64,000 bases of DNA, from NCBI RefSeq assembly GCF_009914755.1, contig NC_060935.1. One strand, written 5' to 3'. The position numbers and the translations under genes are program-made. This DNA comes from the human T2T-CHM13v2.0 reference genome, Homo sapiens. The notes below the pieces were generated by a model. That model was not told where the DNA came from and searched no databases. It worked only from the letters and a program-made list of their open reading frames with translations. This document shows positions 10,735 to 22,863 of the stretch, piece after piece (position 1 is the first letter of the stretch; every line of letters begins with the position of its first letter).

Positions 10735-10885
10735 TGGGGCTTGCCAGGCCCCCCGCCCCCGCCCGCTGCCCCACCGCCCACCCTGACCTGGCGCTGCTGG
10801 GGTCACTGTGACTGGACCTACTCACAGCTGCAAACACCCTCCCGCCATGGGACACGGGGGAGCTTGAGCCTGGCTGAGTCATGTA
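10735..10885. promoter_or_regulatory. Sp/KLF + AP-1 enhancer-like cluster
   Basis: CCCCGCCCCCGCCC ~10751-10764, CACCC boxes, TGAGTCA 10875-10881, p53/p63-like half-site GGGCTTGCCA ~10737. Confidence 0.45.
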
Positions 10886-11244
10886 AGCCAGCCAGATCAG
10901 TGCCAGGCTCGCCCCAGAAATCAAAAGAGACCCCTCTCTTCTTGCTACTTGGGTGACAGTCTATACTGGTGTCCTGCAACAAATGACCACCAGAAGGAGC
11001 ATGCCAGCCCTCCTTTGTCCTTATTGGAGGTGTTGTGAGAGGTGGGGGAGATTTTATCACCTATAGGAGAAGAGGATAAACCCAGGAAAACCGTTCATGT
11101 AAGGACAGTAGGGAGGAAAAGGGGAGGAGAGAGAAAGAATGACAGGGAGGCTGCCACGCCCTTCCAGAGCCTGCTCTCCTCCTTCCTCACCTAGCTCCTT
11201 CCACATCTACCCTAAATGAGCTCAGGAGCTGAACTTGGTTGCCC

Positions 11245-12740
11245 ACAGAGTTCTTATCAGGACCACCCTGGCTGAAACACTGAGGGAAGAAATAGGGACA
11301 GCGATGAAGAAAGAGTGCTGCTTGACATTGCCATGTCCCATCTGTGCGTCAAGTCACTGAATGTGACCTGTTTGCAGTAAGTTAGAATCCAGCTGCCGCC
11401 TGAGAAAGAAATACACCAGGCCCCTCTGGGCAGGTTGTGTGTGTCTGGGGTTGCCCAGTGACCCTGGAGATTGCTCAGATGTCTCCCACGTGATCACACC
11501 CCGGTGGCCTTCAGAGAGGTATACACTCTGAATTAGGGCCACTGATGGAGTGGCAAGGTGTTTGGGGCTTGAAGATTTGCCAAAGTGTAAGTCTTAAAGA
11601 TTGTATTTGTGGAGAGATCCTGAAATGTCTCCACATTTGGGAGATATTTGTGTTTGAGGGTTACAGAGCAAAGATTCTCTTATCAGCACAGCACGGGGTA
11701 CAAGAATGGCAAGTTTAGCTCAGCAGTCAAAGTCATGAGAAATTCAGAGGGAGGTGTGAAATTTCTTCTTAAAACTGAAAAGCAAAAACATTTCACAAAC
11801 AAACGAAAAAGGAAAAACCACAGCTAAAATCCGTAAACTATTAACTATATCTGTTTATTAACAACAACAAAAAAAAAAGCAGATGGAGAGCTTTTTCGTT
11901 AATAAGCTAAAAAGTTCGTGTTTTTGTTTTCTGTAAGCCTGTTTTAAAGAAAGCTCCATTTCTCATGACTGACCTTCTGAGAATAGAATGAGGTGTTTTC
12001 TGCAGTGGAGTCTGATTCTTTCATCACTACCGAAGAGCACTGAGTGATCACCCACACTGCATGGCAGAAAACAGAATGTACTGTTATACCGCATTGATGC
12101 CATCAAAGTGTTTGTGGAGTGTAAAATTAATATTCGGCTTATGAGGGTAGGCCGGGGGAGAGGGTGGGTGTTGTTTTGCATCCCACATCAGGACACCCTG
12201 TATTTAAACACACTTTGTGTCATCGAGGGTGCTTTCAGAACCCATGCACCCAGAACCAAGTTCGGCCGTCAGCCACATGGAAAGGCAGCACCCCATCCCT
12301 TCCCCTTAGCACTTCCTGACCCTTCTCCTTTTGCTTCCTACTCCTAGTTTTCCCCCTTCCGCAAAGAAAAGAGTTCTAAACCAGATCACAGTAAGACCTT
12401 AGGGATGAAAGTAGCCATCCCCTTCTGAAGGTGTTTGCATTCTACAGAATGGAAGGATTCTGGCCAGGGCTGCAGCAGGTAGTGGTGAGCATGAAGCCAG
12501 GAAGGCTAAGATCAAAATCGGGGACCCTGCGGGAGATTGGAGGGGACTTCTGAGTGTACCTCACATTCCATCAGATAGGCCCTAATCATTTTGCCAAAGG
12601 GAGGGATTTGAGGGGATCATAGCAAAGGTTCTCTTATCAGGACAGCCCCAGGAAGCCCTGCAAAGGTGAGGAGAGACAGCCAATGAAGGATGAAGCTGTG
12701 TGAATTTTAGCTTCAGCCTCAGGTTCTGCTCAGCAAAAGT
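11245..12740. promoter_or_regulatory. Three related GATA-centred modules (candidate enhancer cluster)
   Basis: AGCAAAG(A/G)TTCTCTTATCAG(C/G)ACAGC at 11667-11692 and 12621-12646 (24/26 identical); CTTATCAGGAC at 11253-11263. Confidence 0.55.
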
Positions 12741-13801
12741 GGAAGATCTGGTCATTTATAGACTCCTGGACTTAAATCAAAAGAGCCAGAACCTCGACAT
12801 AGCGACTCCAGGAGCTAGGTGACACTGAAGTCACCTTACCCCTCCATATCCTGTAAAACAGGGATGATCACAAGAGAAAGTTGTGGAGCTGAAATGGGCT
12901 GATGCACTCGAAGGCTTTTTCACTCAGAGACGGTCAGAAGACATTTGCCAGATGATTTCCAGATGTGTCAGAATGGGGAGCACTCTCTTTTGAGCAGGAT
13001 AGCTCTCTCCCACACTTAATGTATGCCTGAGAGGAGAGAGAGAGACAAAGAATGATCAGACTGTACACCATTTGTGGACAAAGGGTCATCATAGGGCTTT
13101 GACAATTCTCCAAGAGCACTGGTTCCACATAGAAGCTGGCTTCACAGGCTGGCATTGGGATTAGGCCAGAGGTCAGATAGTAGGTGTGGCAAGGCCCCAG
13201 GTGGGCTAAGGCTGGCCATGGAGACAGGTGGGCTTTCCTGTTGAATGCTTCCAGGGAAGTCATGCCGTCTGGAACCTCAGATTTGGCAAATCAGCAAAGG
13301 AAAATTGGTCGCAATTATTTTCCAGGGCTTCCATGCTCTCTGATGTGTTAGATCCTTGTTAGCATTAACCAGAGTTAAACATTTGTTTTATTCTGTGGAT
13401 GGAGAGACAGGTTTTAGAACACCTTCCCTGACAAGGTTAAGGTTGCAGGTTCTGAAAATTATCTCCGGTCTCCAAAGTTTTTGTATTTCAGTGTCTTTGG
13501 TGCTTTTTTGTTTTGTTCTATTTTGAAGTAACTTTATAGTTTTTGTTTGTTGTTTTTTTTTTTTAAGTACAGATATGTTGAGCACAGAAAAAAAAAAAAA
13601 AAAAAACATTGCAATAACCTTGACTTCTGAAAAGTCCTCTCATTCTTCCAGGGGAGGAATTTTGTTTTTCAGGAACTGTTTTTTCATAAAGACAAAAGTC
13701 TTAGCAGTTTGGATTTCGGCCTTTGAGTTTTTCTTTTCATCATGTGTAATTTCAAATTGTACTGAGGTCCTTCCTCCTGGAACCTAGCGAATACAGCTCA
13801 A

Positions 13802-13820
13802 TGGCGCCCCCTGAAGGCCA
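13802..13820 (-). promoter_or_regulatory. CTCF binding motif
   Basis: Minus strand TGGCCTTCAGGGGGCGCCA vs consensus TGGCCACCAGGGGGCGCCA. Confidence 0.7.
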
Positions 13821-14124
13821 ACGTAGAGGGGTACAGTAAAAGAGGATAAAATGAGGAACCTCCAGCCCTCCGTATCCGACCAGCCAAGACAAACCACCAT
13901 CTAGGCCCAAAGGCAGGTTAGCGTGTGGCAAAACCCAATAGCTGCATTCAAAACCCAGTTCTGACAACAACAAGCTATTTCTGCATGTTCCCACATAGTT
14001 GAGAAGAGATTGAGCTTTGGCATAAAACAGGTCAAAGGCCTTGGATTGAATTCCAGCACAGACAAGTTACTTAATCTCTCTAACTCACTTTCTCTTTCTG
14101 TATAATGTAGAATACAAAGTGATT

Positions 14125-14356
14125 TTTTTAATTGCTTACTATGTGCAGGCTTTGTCCTAAGTGTTTAGCATGTGTTAGCTCATTTAGTTCTTGCTAAAAC
14201 CCTCTAGTTTGTGTGCTATTAGTACCCACTTTGTACAAATAAGAAAACTAGGGCCTGGAGTGAGTCAGAAGCCTTCACAGCTGCTAACTGAAAAAAACAG
14301 GGCTGAACGCATGTGGTGCAGTCCGGAGCCTGGACTCACCGCCACATGTCACACTG
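14125..14356 (-). mobile_element. MIR
   Basis: gcttactatgtgcaggc...ctcatttagttc...ctttgtacaaataagaaaactagggc. Confidence 0.65.
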
Positions 14357-14576
14357 ATGCCCATACTTACCAGGTGGGACCACCGTGAGGACTAGAAAGA
14401 GAAATGTCAACCACATAGCCCTGGACTGGCACAGAATAAATGCCCAACAAATAATAGCCATAATTATTCCCATTCTTGGTCGACCACCTTAATAAAAGCT
14501 ACCATAGAGGCAGGGAATCAGTAAGAAGAGATGACTAAGAGGATGCTTACTGCATGTAGGAAAATCAGTTAATGCT

Positions 14577-15035
14577 CGTGTGACTGGCTTATTTCCCTTT
14601 GCATACTGTCCTTCAGGTCCATCCATGTTGTCACATATGGCACGATTTTCATTTTTTTTTAAGGCCGAGTAATATTCCACTGTCTGTATCTACCCATTTT
14701 CTTTATTCGCCCATTGATGAACATTTAGGTTGTTTCCACATCTTAGCTCATCTTGACAGTGCTACAATGAACATGAGCATGTTAATATTTCTCCAAGATC
14801 ATGATTTCAATTCTTTTGGATAAATACCTAAAAGTGGAATGGCTGGATCCTATATTAGTTCTGTTTTCCTCTTTTTGAGGAACCTCCCTACTGTTTTCCA
14901 TAGCGGCTATACCATTTTACATTCCCACCATCTGCGCCAGAGTTCGAATTTCTCCACATCCTCACCAACACTTTTTATCTTTTGTTCTTTTGATAACAGC
15001 CATCCTCACTATTGTAAGGTGATATCTCATTATGG
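14577..15035 (-). mobile_element. L1M (L1MA/MB-like) ORF2 3' fragment
   Basis: Antisense L1 3' sequence; minus ORF MEYYSALKKNE matches the L1 ORF2 C-terminus. Confidence 0.85.
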
Positions 15036-15729
15036 GGAAAAATTATATGAAAAGGAAGCATCAAATTAATAGGCAAGAAAACCAGTACATAGTATTTGGA
15101 CAGTTGGCATATTACTTAAAAATTATGTATGAATCCAAAAAATTAATTAACTCTTACTATATTAGTATTCTGATTGTTGACATTAACCTGTAACAATAGG
15201 AGAAAAAGTTAGTTCAGGAATCACTTCCCAATTACATCTGTTACAAATGCAAGGAGAAACAAATACAAGGAGAAACTCCTTTGCATACAATATTTTAAAG
15301 AAAAGGACAGGTGAGTTTTGGGATGCGAGGAGAGGGGCAAGAAACTGTCTTCTGTGTGGAGAGGGATCTTGAAACATATCTTCCAATGGGAGGCCAAATG
15401 CAGGGGGGCATTGCTTTCAAGAAACTAAAGGTCCTGAGTGCCTCCCAGGATAGCAGTTAATGAGCATGAGCTGGGTTTTCAAGAAGTCTGAATCTATTCA
15501 ACTACAAAGTAGCTTCCTTCAACTGTAGCAGCCTTGAGAACTTGTGTTCTGCACCTACAGAGACCCCTTCTGCCCAAATACTGGTGGTGCAATGCAGCCA
15601 ACCGCTGCATCTCCCAAAAGATGCCGGGAAAGAGGCAGACACCCAAACCCACCCTGGGCCTGGGCAGACCCCTCTAGCCTCTGACAAGTCCAGGCACTGC
15701 TCAGACCTTCACATGCACACCTAGGGCCC

Positions 15730-16200
15730 CTTCATTATTCAGCAAGCTCTTCCCAGGCTCCCATCTGGCATCAGGCATGGTGCTGGGAGCTGCTGGGCAC
15801 ACGGATGAGCAGGTGGTGACCCTTTTCCATCAGCTACCCAGAGCCAGCTGCAGAACAGCGCCGAGAGCACATGCCTATAATGTGGGGCAGAGGGTCACAC
15901 CGAGGACTCTCCCAGAGGGGAGTTATTTGAGCTGCTCTGGAGCAATGCAGACAAGAGGGTACAGAGCACAGAGGCCTGGGGTGGGGACTCCCAGGGACCA
16001 GGAGAGGCATGAGGTGGGAAGTGGGGAGCCAGGCTAGAAAGGGCCTTGTGAGTCCTCTGGGGGAGTTGCAGCTTGTCCTATTAGCCATGTGCAGGCTCTT
16101 TGGTTTTCAGAGAATGAGGATCATTCACAAGGGTGACTGGAGCTCCTGCGGGATGTGCACACCTGGCCTGAGGTTGAGATGACACAGAAAGAGTCACAGG
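15730..16200 (-). mobile_element. L2 remnant
   Basis: ttcattattcagcaag...caggcatggtgctgggagctg...ctcccagaggggagttatttgagctg. Confidence 0.45.
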
Positions 16201-17654
16201 GCCGGGGTCTCCCGCAGAGCTAGTCTTCTGTTTGAGTGTCATTTATCACCTCTTTCCAGAGGACAAGATGATGGCTTTATGACCAAAGGGGCTGGCTATG
16301 GAGGCCTCTCTTAATTTCTAATTGAGAGCCCATAATCACCACAAAGAAAAGCCTCTACCACCCAGGACTTCCGGGGAGACTAGAATCCGACTCAGAGGTG
16401 TTTTGTAACAAAACAGGGGTGGAGAAGATTAAAAAAAATCAAAAAAACAAGAAGGTTAGGAAAAAAGGCATTACTAAATTCTCCTTCATAGTACATAAGG
16501 TTTTTAAGGTAGGTAAATCACATCAGCCCAGCCACACTCAGTGACCTTTGTGATGGAAGAGGTGACCACTGGGCCAGTAAAGAAGTCACAAGGGTCCCAG
16601 GCCTGACCTTTAGCATTTCTGTGATTTTTAAATATCCATAAAACAAAGGTCTGTATGAGACCCAATGGAATCAGAAGCCCAAGTCCCAGCTCAAGTGGGG
16701 CCTGGCCACAGCAGGCTCTGGCAAGTCTCTGGCCCTGCAATAAGCCCTGGGGGCTTCCCCGGGCTCTGGGCCTTGCCTCCTATGCTCTGGGCAGCCTGGG
16801 TCCACGGGAGAGGAGTGAAAGTCTATTTGGCAAAAAGAACCAAACAGAGGGTTGCTCTGCTTGTCGAGAAAGCAGCACCATTGTCCTGAAAACCTCTACC
16901 TCCAGATCCCCGGGGATAACCTGAAGCCTGGAACATCACTGATGTCAGCCTCGTGAACACCCTGTCTTCTCCCACAAGCTCAGTGAAGGAAAGTAGATGG
17001 CCTCAAAAGCTCCTGTTACCATGCAGGTGCTCCAAGTCAGGTCACAGGCCGCCTCCCCGGGTCCCCATCCCTGGCTTCGTCATAATCCTGGCTGCCCAGT
17101 GACAGCTCTCTTTCTGGGAAGGAGCAGAAAATGGGGCTCCCTGATGTCCTGAAGGGGTTTAGCCTCAAAGCTTCTTGCCAGGCTGGGAACAGATAGAGTG
17201 GCCACTTATTAGGAGTTAAGAGGTCAGTATAGGTGCAGAACAGTGTTTTTAAAAGTGTGTCAGGAGCCAAGTAGACACATGGAAAACACAATTCCTGATA
17301 GTCTCACTTTTTTTCATGAAATGGGAATTAAAAGATTGTTAGAACGGGGACTGAAATAGTAAAAGAAAGCTTGAAGTGAGGGGGTAGAGGTGTGAACTAG
17401 GTAGTAAGGGTCATGGAAGAAAAAGCTGACCTAGAACAAGTGAAAGAGTTGGTGAGAAGCTCTGAATTCTAGCTGAGTTAAAAGACGATGAATTTTAGTT
17501 GTAAAGTTGTAGTTTTTAAAAAACTACAGTTTTTTTTTTTTAAGTCAGCATGGTTGTGTGATTTGTTTTATCCCTATTCTGCTTCTCAAGGTGTAAGATC
17601 AAAAGCAATGACTTGTAGCATTGAGCCAGGCTTGGGAATTCATTGGATGTGTGT

Positions 17655-17770
17655 GAAATTTATTCAGTTGACAAATATTTATTGTTTTTGCAATGCACTA
17701 CTCTGAATATGAAGGGTGGAAAAAAGCAATACAAACTCTGCCCTTATAATCCATAGAATCTAGTGAAGAA
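17655..17770 (-). mobile_element. L2 3' end
   Basis: ttgacaaatatttattg...ctctgcccttataatccatagaatctagtg. Confidence 0.5.
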
Positions 17771-18367
17771 TGGTCATGACCCAAGACAGCCAAGGGTAAT
17801 GTTGATGGAGTGTGGTCCAGATGATCAGCCATAGGGGGGAAAAGAAGGAAGTGGGGAGACCAGGGGATCAGAGGTACCTGTGAGATCAAAGATCAGTCTT
17901 ACTCATAAGAAAACTAACAGAGTAAGAGACCAGTCTAAGACTAGAACATCAACTTTGCTATGGAAAGCAGTGATGCCAAGATCTAGGTCAGGACTCTGGG
18001 GCTGGAAAGGAGAGGAGCGGAGATGCAGATCATTGGAGCGGGAGGTCAAGACTGGGAAGCCAGGCTGGTAGGACAGGCCATGTGCTGCGATCTAAAACAG
18101 GAGTTAAGGTAGAGAAGAAGTTTTAAGACAGGTCCAAACTCTCAACTAATGAGGAAACACAACCTGAAATTTGGTTCACTGGGGAATATGGGCCACAATG
18201 GAAGATGAACTTTTATTAAAAAAAAAAAAAAAAAGGTAGAACATCTGGTGGGAGTTCTGGGTACTGAGAAAATATTCCACTCCAGGATCCAGTGTATGTA
18301 GATCAGAAAATGAGTAGCCTCCAGCGAGAAAGTGCATTTCCATTAAAACATTTGAGTGGAGAGAGTG

Positions 18368-19146
18368 GTATATTACACAGGGCTTTCCAGAGAAACAGAC
18401 CAATAGGACAGAGAGACAGAGAGAGAGAGAGCATTACTCTAGCCTCACACTGCTAATAAAGACATATCCGAGACTGGGTAATTTATAAAGAAAAAGAGGT
18501 TTAATGGACTCACAGATCCGCATGGCTGTTGGGGGCCTCAAAATCATGGTGGAAGGCGAAGGAGGAACAAAGGCATATCTTCCATGGTGGCAGGCAAGAG
18601 GATGTGTACGGGGAAACTGCCTTTTGTAAAACCATCAGATCTCATGATACTAATTCACTATCACGAGAACAGCACGGGAAAAGCCTGCCCCCATTATTCA
18701 ATTGTCTCTGCTTGGTCCCTCCCATGACACGTGGGGATTATGGGAACTACAATTCAAGATGAGATTTGGATGGGGACACAGCCAAACTACATCACAGAGG
18801 GAGATTAATTTTAAGAAATTGTATCCTGTGATTGTGGGGGCTGGCCTGCCGGCTGGAGACCTAAGAGAGATATAGAGTTGTTGCAATTTGAGTCTGAAGG
18901 CAGTATGGAGACAGCAGTTCTTCTTACTCCGGGACTGCAGTCTTTTTTCTTGAGGCCAGGCTTTCTGCTGGTTGCACAAGGCCTCCCCAAACACATCATG
19001 AAGGGTTATCTGCTTTACTCAAACTCTACTGATTTAAATGTCAATCACATCTAAAAAATTCCTTCACAGCAACATCTGGACTACAGTTTGACCAACACCC
19101 ATGCGTTACGGCCTGACTGAGTTAACAAACAAAATTCACCATCACA
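18368..19146 (-). mobile_element. MLT2 (ERVL) LTR interrupted by THE1
   Basis: cagggctttccagagaaacagaccaatagga(GA)n ... ctactgatttaaatgtcaatcacatctaaaaaa...aaaattcaccatcaca. Confidence 0.85.
18430..18794 (-). mobile_element. THE1C-like MaLR solo LTR nested in the MLT2 GA repeat
   Basis: ctgctaataaagacata...caattcaagatgagatttggatggggacacagccaaactacatca. Confidence 0.9.
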
Positions 19147-20534
19147 AGTGGTCTTCGTAATGGTGGAGGATGACGAAAAGCTTGACCGTAGATTCCTAAA
19201 ACTGCAATGGCAACAGTTGGGGAAGAGCAAAAAGAGGGAGCGGAGCCACAGGTGAAGCAGGGAGAAGCAAGAGGTTAAGAGGACAATAGAGAAAGGGAAA
19301 TCGGAGGTGGGTGGGGAGAAGGGGTTCCCTGTGTGCAGTGACCACATGTTGGTGGCATAAGCAGTATGGCTGAATATAGCCAACTGCAAATAACTGACCT
19401 TTGGTACAAGGTATTTTGGTGCCCAACCTGAGCCAGGATTTAAGACAGAATTTGGACTGGCCTTTAGGAAACAAAAGGGCTGCCATGGCTCCCCCTGTGA
19501 TTCCCCGCCTTCTCCACATCCTCTGTCTCCTGGAGTCTATTCCAGATGCTCCATCTCCCTGTTGGGAGCAGTGGTGAGAGGCTAGGCTGGAGCTCAGCAA
19601 GTTAGGTGCTGAGGGCATGAAATACAGGAAAAACTCACTCTCAGTGCTGTGCAAGGTCAGGTCACACTACCTGCTGCCCTGAAAAATGGCCATGCTAGGT
19701 GTGTCAGGGCTCCCTGCTGCACAGAGAAGAAAACAAACATGCCACCCAATCTTGGAACTCACAGGCTAATGCTGACAATATTTTAGTAACAGGCATAAAA
19801 GACAACTGAACAGTTATAGGTTGGTTTGTTTGTTTTTATCCAAGATGGCAGATTAGAGGCTTTTAGCATACCTCAGCCACTTGGAAACAGAAAAATAGAA
19901 CATAAAGATTAACTCTGTGAGCTTCAATTCAAAAAGGAAAATGAGAATCTACCAGAATCATGGACACCCCAGATCTCAAAGAGGAGAATGACAGCAAACA
20001 GCCCCTGTGACGGCATCCGGCTGATAAAAGTGAGTGAAGCCCCATAAGTGAGAGGCAGAAAGCCTTCGTCTGTGGCTCATCTTTCCCCTGGGGATCTGAA
20101 CAACCCAGGCCAAGGGATTGCACTTTGCTTCTCCTAAGCCCTGGAGCTAATTTGGGGAGATACATGGAGGTCCAGCGAGGTAAAGACACCAAGAAAAGCT
20201 GTAGACATTTTCTTAGACCTGGGACTGAGAGCAGGACACCATTTTTAATCTGGGTGCATACTAAGTCAGCCATTTCTTGGCAACCCAGCAGTCTGGCTGT
20301 GCAGGCATTGTAGTCTCAGGCCAGAGACTGGAGCACCTGCTCTGGAGCAGAGTAGGAGCCTCCACAGCCAGAACTGTGGAAGGCACCTCAGCAGTAGGTG
20401 CTGGAATTGTGCTCTCCCTCTTCACAAGCCTGGGGTGGGAGGAGAGCTACAGCTGCAGTTTCTCCTGGATGGTGAGACTTGTAGTCACAGCCAGCTTGGA
20501 GACCTGAAACTGATCTGTGTGTGCCATTGCTGGG

Positions 20535-21190
20535 TCCCCTACCCTGCTCTCCTGAGATCATAGTGCAGTCGGGCCCTTTCTACTCCATGCCCAGACAGAT
20601 CTCCAGGCATTAGGAGCACTCATTCTCTTGGTTCAGCAGCCTGAGCTGCTCCACCATTCCTGGACATAAGATCTTAGTGCTATGGGGCTCTTTGCTCCTT
20701 GCCCAGGCAGGTCTCCAGATTTTCAGAGTACCTGCTAGCTTGATTCGGCAGCCTAAGTTGCCCCGCCCTTACTAGACATAGATTGTGGTAAAGTAAGACT
20801 CTGCTCCATGCCCAGGCAGACCTCCAGGCATTCAGAGCAACTTTTCTCCTGGTTCAGCAGTCTGAGCTGCCCTACCCTTCCTATGCAGAGATCCAGGTGC
20901 AAGGGAACCCTCTCTGCTATATGCCCAGGAAAATCTCCAGGCATTCAGAGCACCTGCTTGCTTGGTCCAGCAGCCTGAGATGCCCCACCTCTCCTGTTCA
21001 GAGATTTTGTTTCAGGGGTACTCTCTCTGCTTCAGACCCAGGCAGTTTCAGGCATTTGGAGTAGTGCTCACCTGGATCAACACCCTAACTAGTCCTATCC
21101 TTCCTGTGCAGAGATCCTGGTGCAAGGAGGCCCTCTTTGCTTCGTGTCCAGGCAGATCTCCAGGCATCTGGAGCTCTCACTCTCCTGGAT
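20535..21190 (+). repeat. Six ~111-bp tandem units in the L1 5'UTR
   Basis: Core cccaggcagatctccaggcatt recurs at ~20590, 20702, 20811, 20924, 21037, 21148. Confidence 0.85.
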
Positions 21191-21788
21191 TAGGAGCTTA
21201 GGCTACCACACACCCCCATCCCTAAGCAGAGAACTTGGAGCCAAGGAGGTTTTCCAGCTCCATGACTAGACACACCTCTGGGTGCCTGGTGGCTACCCAC
21301 TGGATTATCCCTTGGCACTGGTGCTTATGCCTGCCATTAGGGGAACTGCAGGAGGACCTGCCTGGTCCAGCCCTACACTTTGTGGCTCCCGCCCCTTCAA
21401 GGCTGAGCAGGGAGCTCAGACCACTGGACATTCCACAAATCAGCCCATTGCCTGAGGCAACAGAGAGCTTCTCCCAGTAAACAAGGATCAATATATACCC
21501 AACCACATTGCCCGCAGGTGGTTCATACCTATAAATGCCATCTATAGGCTTGTAGGATGAGCTGCACAGCCCAATATAAAACCTGCTGGAAGGAGTGCAT
21601 ATGACTATAGAAACAAAGTCAAAAGACTCTACCCAGAATTCTCTACAGTCATGCCTCCTAGGAATTGAGGGAAAGAGAAAGGGAAAGAAAAAAAAAGAAA
21701 AATTGTATCAGTATAGGGTGAGAAAGAAAAAGAAAAATCCTACCTGCACGAAAATAATTACAAAAATTAGAAGTGCCAGCATCTCCAA

Positions 21789-22795
21789 ATGAGAGGAAAC
21801 CAGTGCAAGAATTCTGGCCCCATGAAAAATCTGAATGTAGTGACCACATCAAAGGATTGCACTACCTCTCCAGCAATGGTCCCTAACCAAAATGGAAACT
21901 CAGAAATACCAGATAAAGAATTCAAAGCATAGATTGCAGGAAGCTCATTGATATCCAAGACAAGGTTGTAAATCAACACAAAGAAATTTCTAAAACAATT
22001 CAGGAAATAAGAGATAAAATCTTAAAAAGAAATCAATCAGAGCTTCTAAAACTAAAAACACTTGGATTTCAAAATACAACTGAAAGCTTTATCAATAGGC
22101 TGGACCAAGCAGAAGAAAATTTCAGAGCTTGAAGACTGGTCTTTTGAACTAACTGAATCTGACAAAAATAAAGAAAAAATATTTTTAGAAGGTGAGTAAA
22201 GCCTTTGAGAAGTATGGGATTATGTAAAGCAACCAAATATACAAATTATTGGCATTTCTGAGACAGAAGGAGAAAAAGCAAACGACCTGAAAAATATATT
22301 TGAGGGAAAAATTCAAAAAATTTCCCTAATCTTGCTAGAGAGGTACACATCCAGATATAAGAACCCTAGGTACCTGTAAGATACTATATAAAATGAACAT
22401 CACCAAGGCATGTAGAACAGAACATCACCAAGAACAGTCACCAGACTGTCCAAGATCAATACTAAAGAAAAAATCTTAAAGACAGTAGAGAAAAAGAGCA
22501 GATCATGTACAAAGGGAACCCCATCAGGCTAACAGTGGACTTCTCAGCAGAAATTTTACAAACCAGGAGAGATTGAGGGCCTATTTTCAGCATTCTTAAA
22601 GAAAAGAAATTCCAACCAAGAATTCATATCCCACCAAACTAAGCTTCATAAGTGAAGGAGAAATAAAATCTTTTCCAGAAAAGCAAATGCTGAGGGAATT
22701 TGATACCACTAGATCAGCGTTACAAGAGATCCTTAAGGGAGTTCTAAACACAGAAACAAAAGAATGATACCTGCTACCACAAAACACAATTAAGT
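21789..22795 (+). pseudogene. L1 ORF1 remnant (stops and frameshifts)
   Basis: Starts ATGAGAGGAAACCAGTGCAAGAATTCT (MRGNQCKNS); C-terminal PTKLSFISEGEIKSF motif. Confidence 0.8.
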
Positions 22796-22863
22796 ACATA
22801 GCCTGCAGACCCTATAAAGCAAAACACAATAGAAACTACAAAGCAAACAGCTGACAACTTCAC

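Noticed and set aside
20535-21190. Regularly spaced repeats resembling a CRISPR array
   Set aside because: The whole unit is repeated with no unique spacers, it lies inside an L1 5'UTR, the DNA is primate, and there are no cas genes
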